From NCBI RefSeq assembly GCF_900187275.1, contig NZ_LT906458.1, forward strand, positions 2,190,001-2,222,000: DNA of 32,000 nucleotides, read 5' to 3'. Shown here one piece after another: positions 29,973-32,000 of the stretch. Position numbers and translations under genes: made by a program. The DNA comes from Pasteurella multocida. GTDB taxonomy: Bacteria; Pseudomonadota; Gammaproteobacteria; Enterobacterales; Pasteurellaceae. Position 1 is the stretch's first letter; each line of letters begins with the position of its first letter. The notes below the pieces were generated by a model. It ran no database searches, was not told the DNA's origin, and saw only the letters and a program-made list of their open reading frames with translations.

Positions 29973-32000
29973 TTATTTTGCCACAAAGCTAAATAATTTT
30001 CCCGGTACATAGATGGTTTTCACAATGTTTAAACCTTCTAAGTGTTTGGCTACATTGCTATCTGCTAATGCGACTTGCTTGATATCGTCTTCTGACATTT
30101 CTGCAGGGACGGTCACTTTGGCACGCACTTTACCATTCACTTGTACCACAACCAATTTTTCATCGTCAACCATCGCTGCTGCATCGGCTTCTACCCAAGG
30201 GGCAAAGTCAATCGCTTCTGTATTACCTAAGTCTTTCCATAATTGGAAACAAATATGTGGTGTGATTGGGTAAAGCATACGTACGACGGCACTTAATGCT
30301 TCTGCCATAATCGCGCGATCTTGTACTTCCACTAATGGCGCTTTAGTTAATTTATTCATTAATTCCATAATCGCGGCAATGGCAGTATTGAAGGTTTGAC
30401 GACGACCGATATCATCACTCACTTTAGCAATCGTTTTGTGTACATCACGACGTAAAGCTTTTTGTGCGCTTGAAAGTGCGGTCGGTTCTACGGCAGTTTC
30501 TGCGGGATGTTTGTTATATTCAAACACGAGATTCCATAAACGTCCTAAGAAACGTTTTGCCCCTTCGACGCCTGATTCTTGCCATTCAAGGGTCATTTCT
30601 GCTGGTGACGCGAACATCATGAATAAACGCACGGTATCCGCACCGTATTTTTCCACCATTTCTTGTGGGTCAATGCCGTTATTTTTCGATTTTGACATTT
30701 TGGTCATGCCAGAATGCACTAATTCACGTTCCTCTTTGTCGTAGGCTTTTAAAATACGCCCTTTTTCATCACGTTCAAGGGTCACTTCCGTTGGGGACAC
30801 CCAAATACGCTCATTGGTTGGTGAGGTGTAGTAGAATGCATCGGCTAACACCATGCCTTGGCACAATAATTTGTCTGCGGGCTCATCGCTCGTGACAAAA
30901 CCTGCATCACGCAATAATTTGTGGAAGAAACGGAAGTACAACAAGTGCATGGTGGCGTGTTCAATTCCGCCGATATATTGATCCACGGGTAACCAATAGT
31001 TTGCTTCGTCCGCATCTAACATGGCTTCCGCAAATTTTGGTGAGGTATAACGGGCGTAATACCATGAAGACTCCATGAAAGTATCAAAGGTATCCGTTTC
31101 TTTCAGTGCTGGCTGACCGTTGTAAGTGGTTTTTGCCCATTCTGGATCGGCTTTAATTGGACTTTTCACGCCGTCCATCACCACATCTTCTGGTAATTCA
31201 ATTGGCAGATCTTGCAATGGCGCAGGCACCACCTCACCATTTTCTAAGGTAAGCATTGGAATTGGCGCTCCCCAGTAACGTTGACGAGAAACACCCCAGT
31301 CACGTAAGCGGTAATTCACTTGACGTTTTCCTTTGCCAAGCGCTTCTAATTTGTCTGCGATCGCATTAAATGCGGCATCAAAGTCTAGACCATTAAATTC
31401 ACCTGAATTAAACAAAATACCATGCTCACAATAAGGTAATTCATGTTCAAGTAAAGGCTCACCATTAATCGGCTTAATGACATTAAGCAGTGGTAAACCA
31501 TATTTACGAGCGAACTCAGCATCACGTTCATCGTGTCCAGGCACTGCCATTACTGCCCCGGTACCGTAGTGCATTAACACAAAGTTAGCCACCCAGACCG
31601 GCACTTTTTCCCCTGTTAATGGATGAATGGCATACACACCAGTCGCCATGCCTTTTTTCTCCATTGTGGCAAGCTCAGCTTCAGCCACTTTGGTATTTTT
31701 GCATTCTTGAATAAATTGGGCTAATTCAGGATTATTTTCTGCCGCTTTTTCTGCTAAAGGATGTGCAGCGGCCACGGCCACATAAGAGACGCCAAAGAAG
31801 GTATCTGGACGTGTCGTATAAACGGTTAAATTGTCTTCTGAATTGGCTAACTGGAAGGTGATTTCCACCCCTTCAGAACGCCCGATCCAGTTACGTTGCA
31901 TGGTTTTTACTTGATCTGGCCATGATGGAAGGTGATCTAACCCGCCTAATAATTGTTCGGCATAATCTGTGATTTTGATAAACCATTGTGGAATTTCTTT
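29973..32000 (-). CDS. leuS: Leucyl-tRNA synthetase (N-terminal part lies outside the window)
   Basis: Frame stays open to the window edge; VEITFQL...[19 protein letters not shown] editing domain, [12 protein letters not shown] (KMSKS) motif. Confidence 0.97.
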   Translation of the reverse strand, partial: KEIPQWFIKITDYAEQLLGGLDHLPSWPDQVKTMQRNWIGRSEGVEITFQLANSEDNLTVYTTRPDTFFGVSYVAVAAAHPLAEKAAENNPELAQFIQECKNTKVAEAELATMEKKGMATGVYAIHPLTGEKVPVWVANFVLMHYGTGAVMAVPGHDERDAEFARKYGLPLLNVIKPINGEPLLEHELPYCEHGILFNSGEFNGLDFDAAFNAIADKLEALGKGKRQVNYRLRDWGVSRQRYWGAPIPMLTLENGEVVPAPLQDLPIELPEDVVMDGVKSPIKADPEWAKTTYNGQPALKETDTFDTFMESSWYYARYTSPKFAEAMLDADEANYWLPVDQYIGGIEHATMHLLYFRFFHKLLRDAGFVTSDEPADKLLCQGMVLADAFYYTSPTNERIWVSPTEVTLERDEKGRILKAYDKEERELVHSGMTKMSKSKNNGIDPQEMVEKYGADTVRLFMMFASPAEMTLEWQESGVEGAKRFLGRLWNLVFEYNKHPAETAVEPTALSSAQKALRRDVHKTIAKVSDDIGRRQTFNTAIAAIMELMNKLTKAPLVEVQDRAIMAEALSAVVRMLYPITPHICFQLWKDLGNTEAIDFAPWVEADAAAMVDDEKLVVVQVNGKVRAKVTVPAEMSEDDIKQVALADSNVAKHLEGLNIVKTIYVPGKLFSFVAK
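30474..30482 (+). repeat. DNA uptake signal sequence (Hin-type USS core)
   Basis: GAAAGTGCGGTCGGTT within leuS. Confidence 0.8.

Noticed and set aside
1-32000. Mobile element, phage, CRISPR array, toxin-antitoxin or novel defence island
   Set aside because: All substantial ORFs match core housekeeping, competence or secretion genes; no direct-repeat arrays, integrases or transposases were seen, nor any tRNA or rRNA genes.

Overview
This 32 kb window looks like conserved chromosomal backbone from a Pasteurellaceae genome of the Haemophilus/Pasteurella type. The lineage call rests on perfect Hin-type DNA-uptake sequences (AAGTGCGGT) and on gene content. In order it carries: talB-tktA; the rpsU-dnaG-rpoD macromolecular synthesis operon (- strand); tsaD, a small membrane ORF and tdk; gor; rlmJ; pdxS-pdxT with a divergent MocR-type pdxR; mrcA; the competence operon comABCDE with a strong CRP-S (Sxy-dependent) site; aroK-aroB-dam; a DUF721/DciA-like gene; a SecM-like arrest-peptide gene followed by secA; mutT; a small secreted DUF5339-like protein; and leuS-lptE-holA. 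I found no prophage, transposon, CRISPR array, tRNA or rRNA, and no clearly novel multigene system. The best leads are: a divergent SecM-like leader ending in FFASILTYSLPPIRAGPISV upstream of secA; a perfect 9-6-9 dyad inside the dciA/secM divergent promoter region; a CRP-S site overlapping the mrcA start codon; a nested hairpin in the aroK leader; a strong leuS-lptE intergenic hairpin; and a USS-free stretch of about 12.5 kb that contains the competence operon itself.
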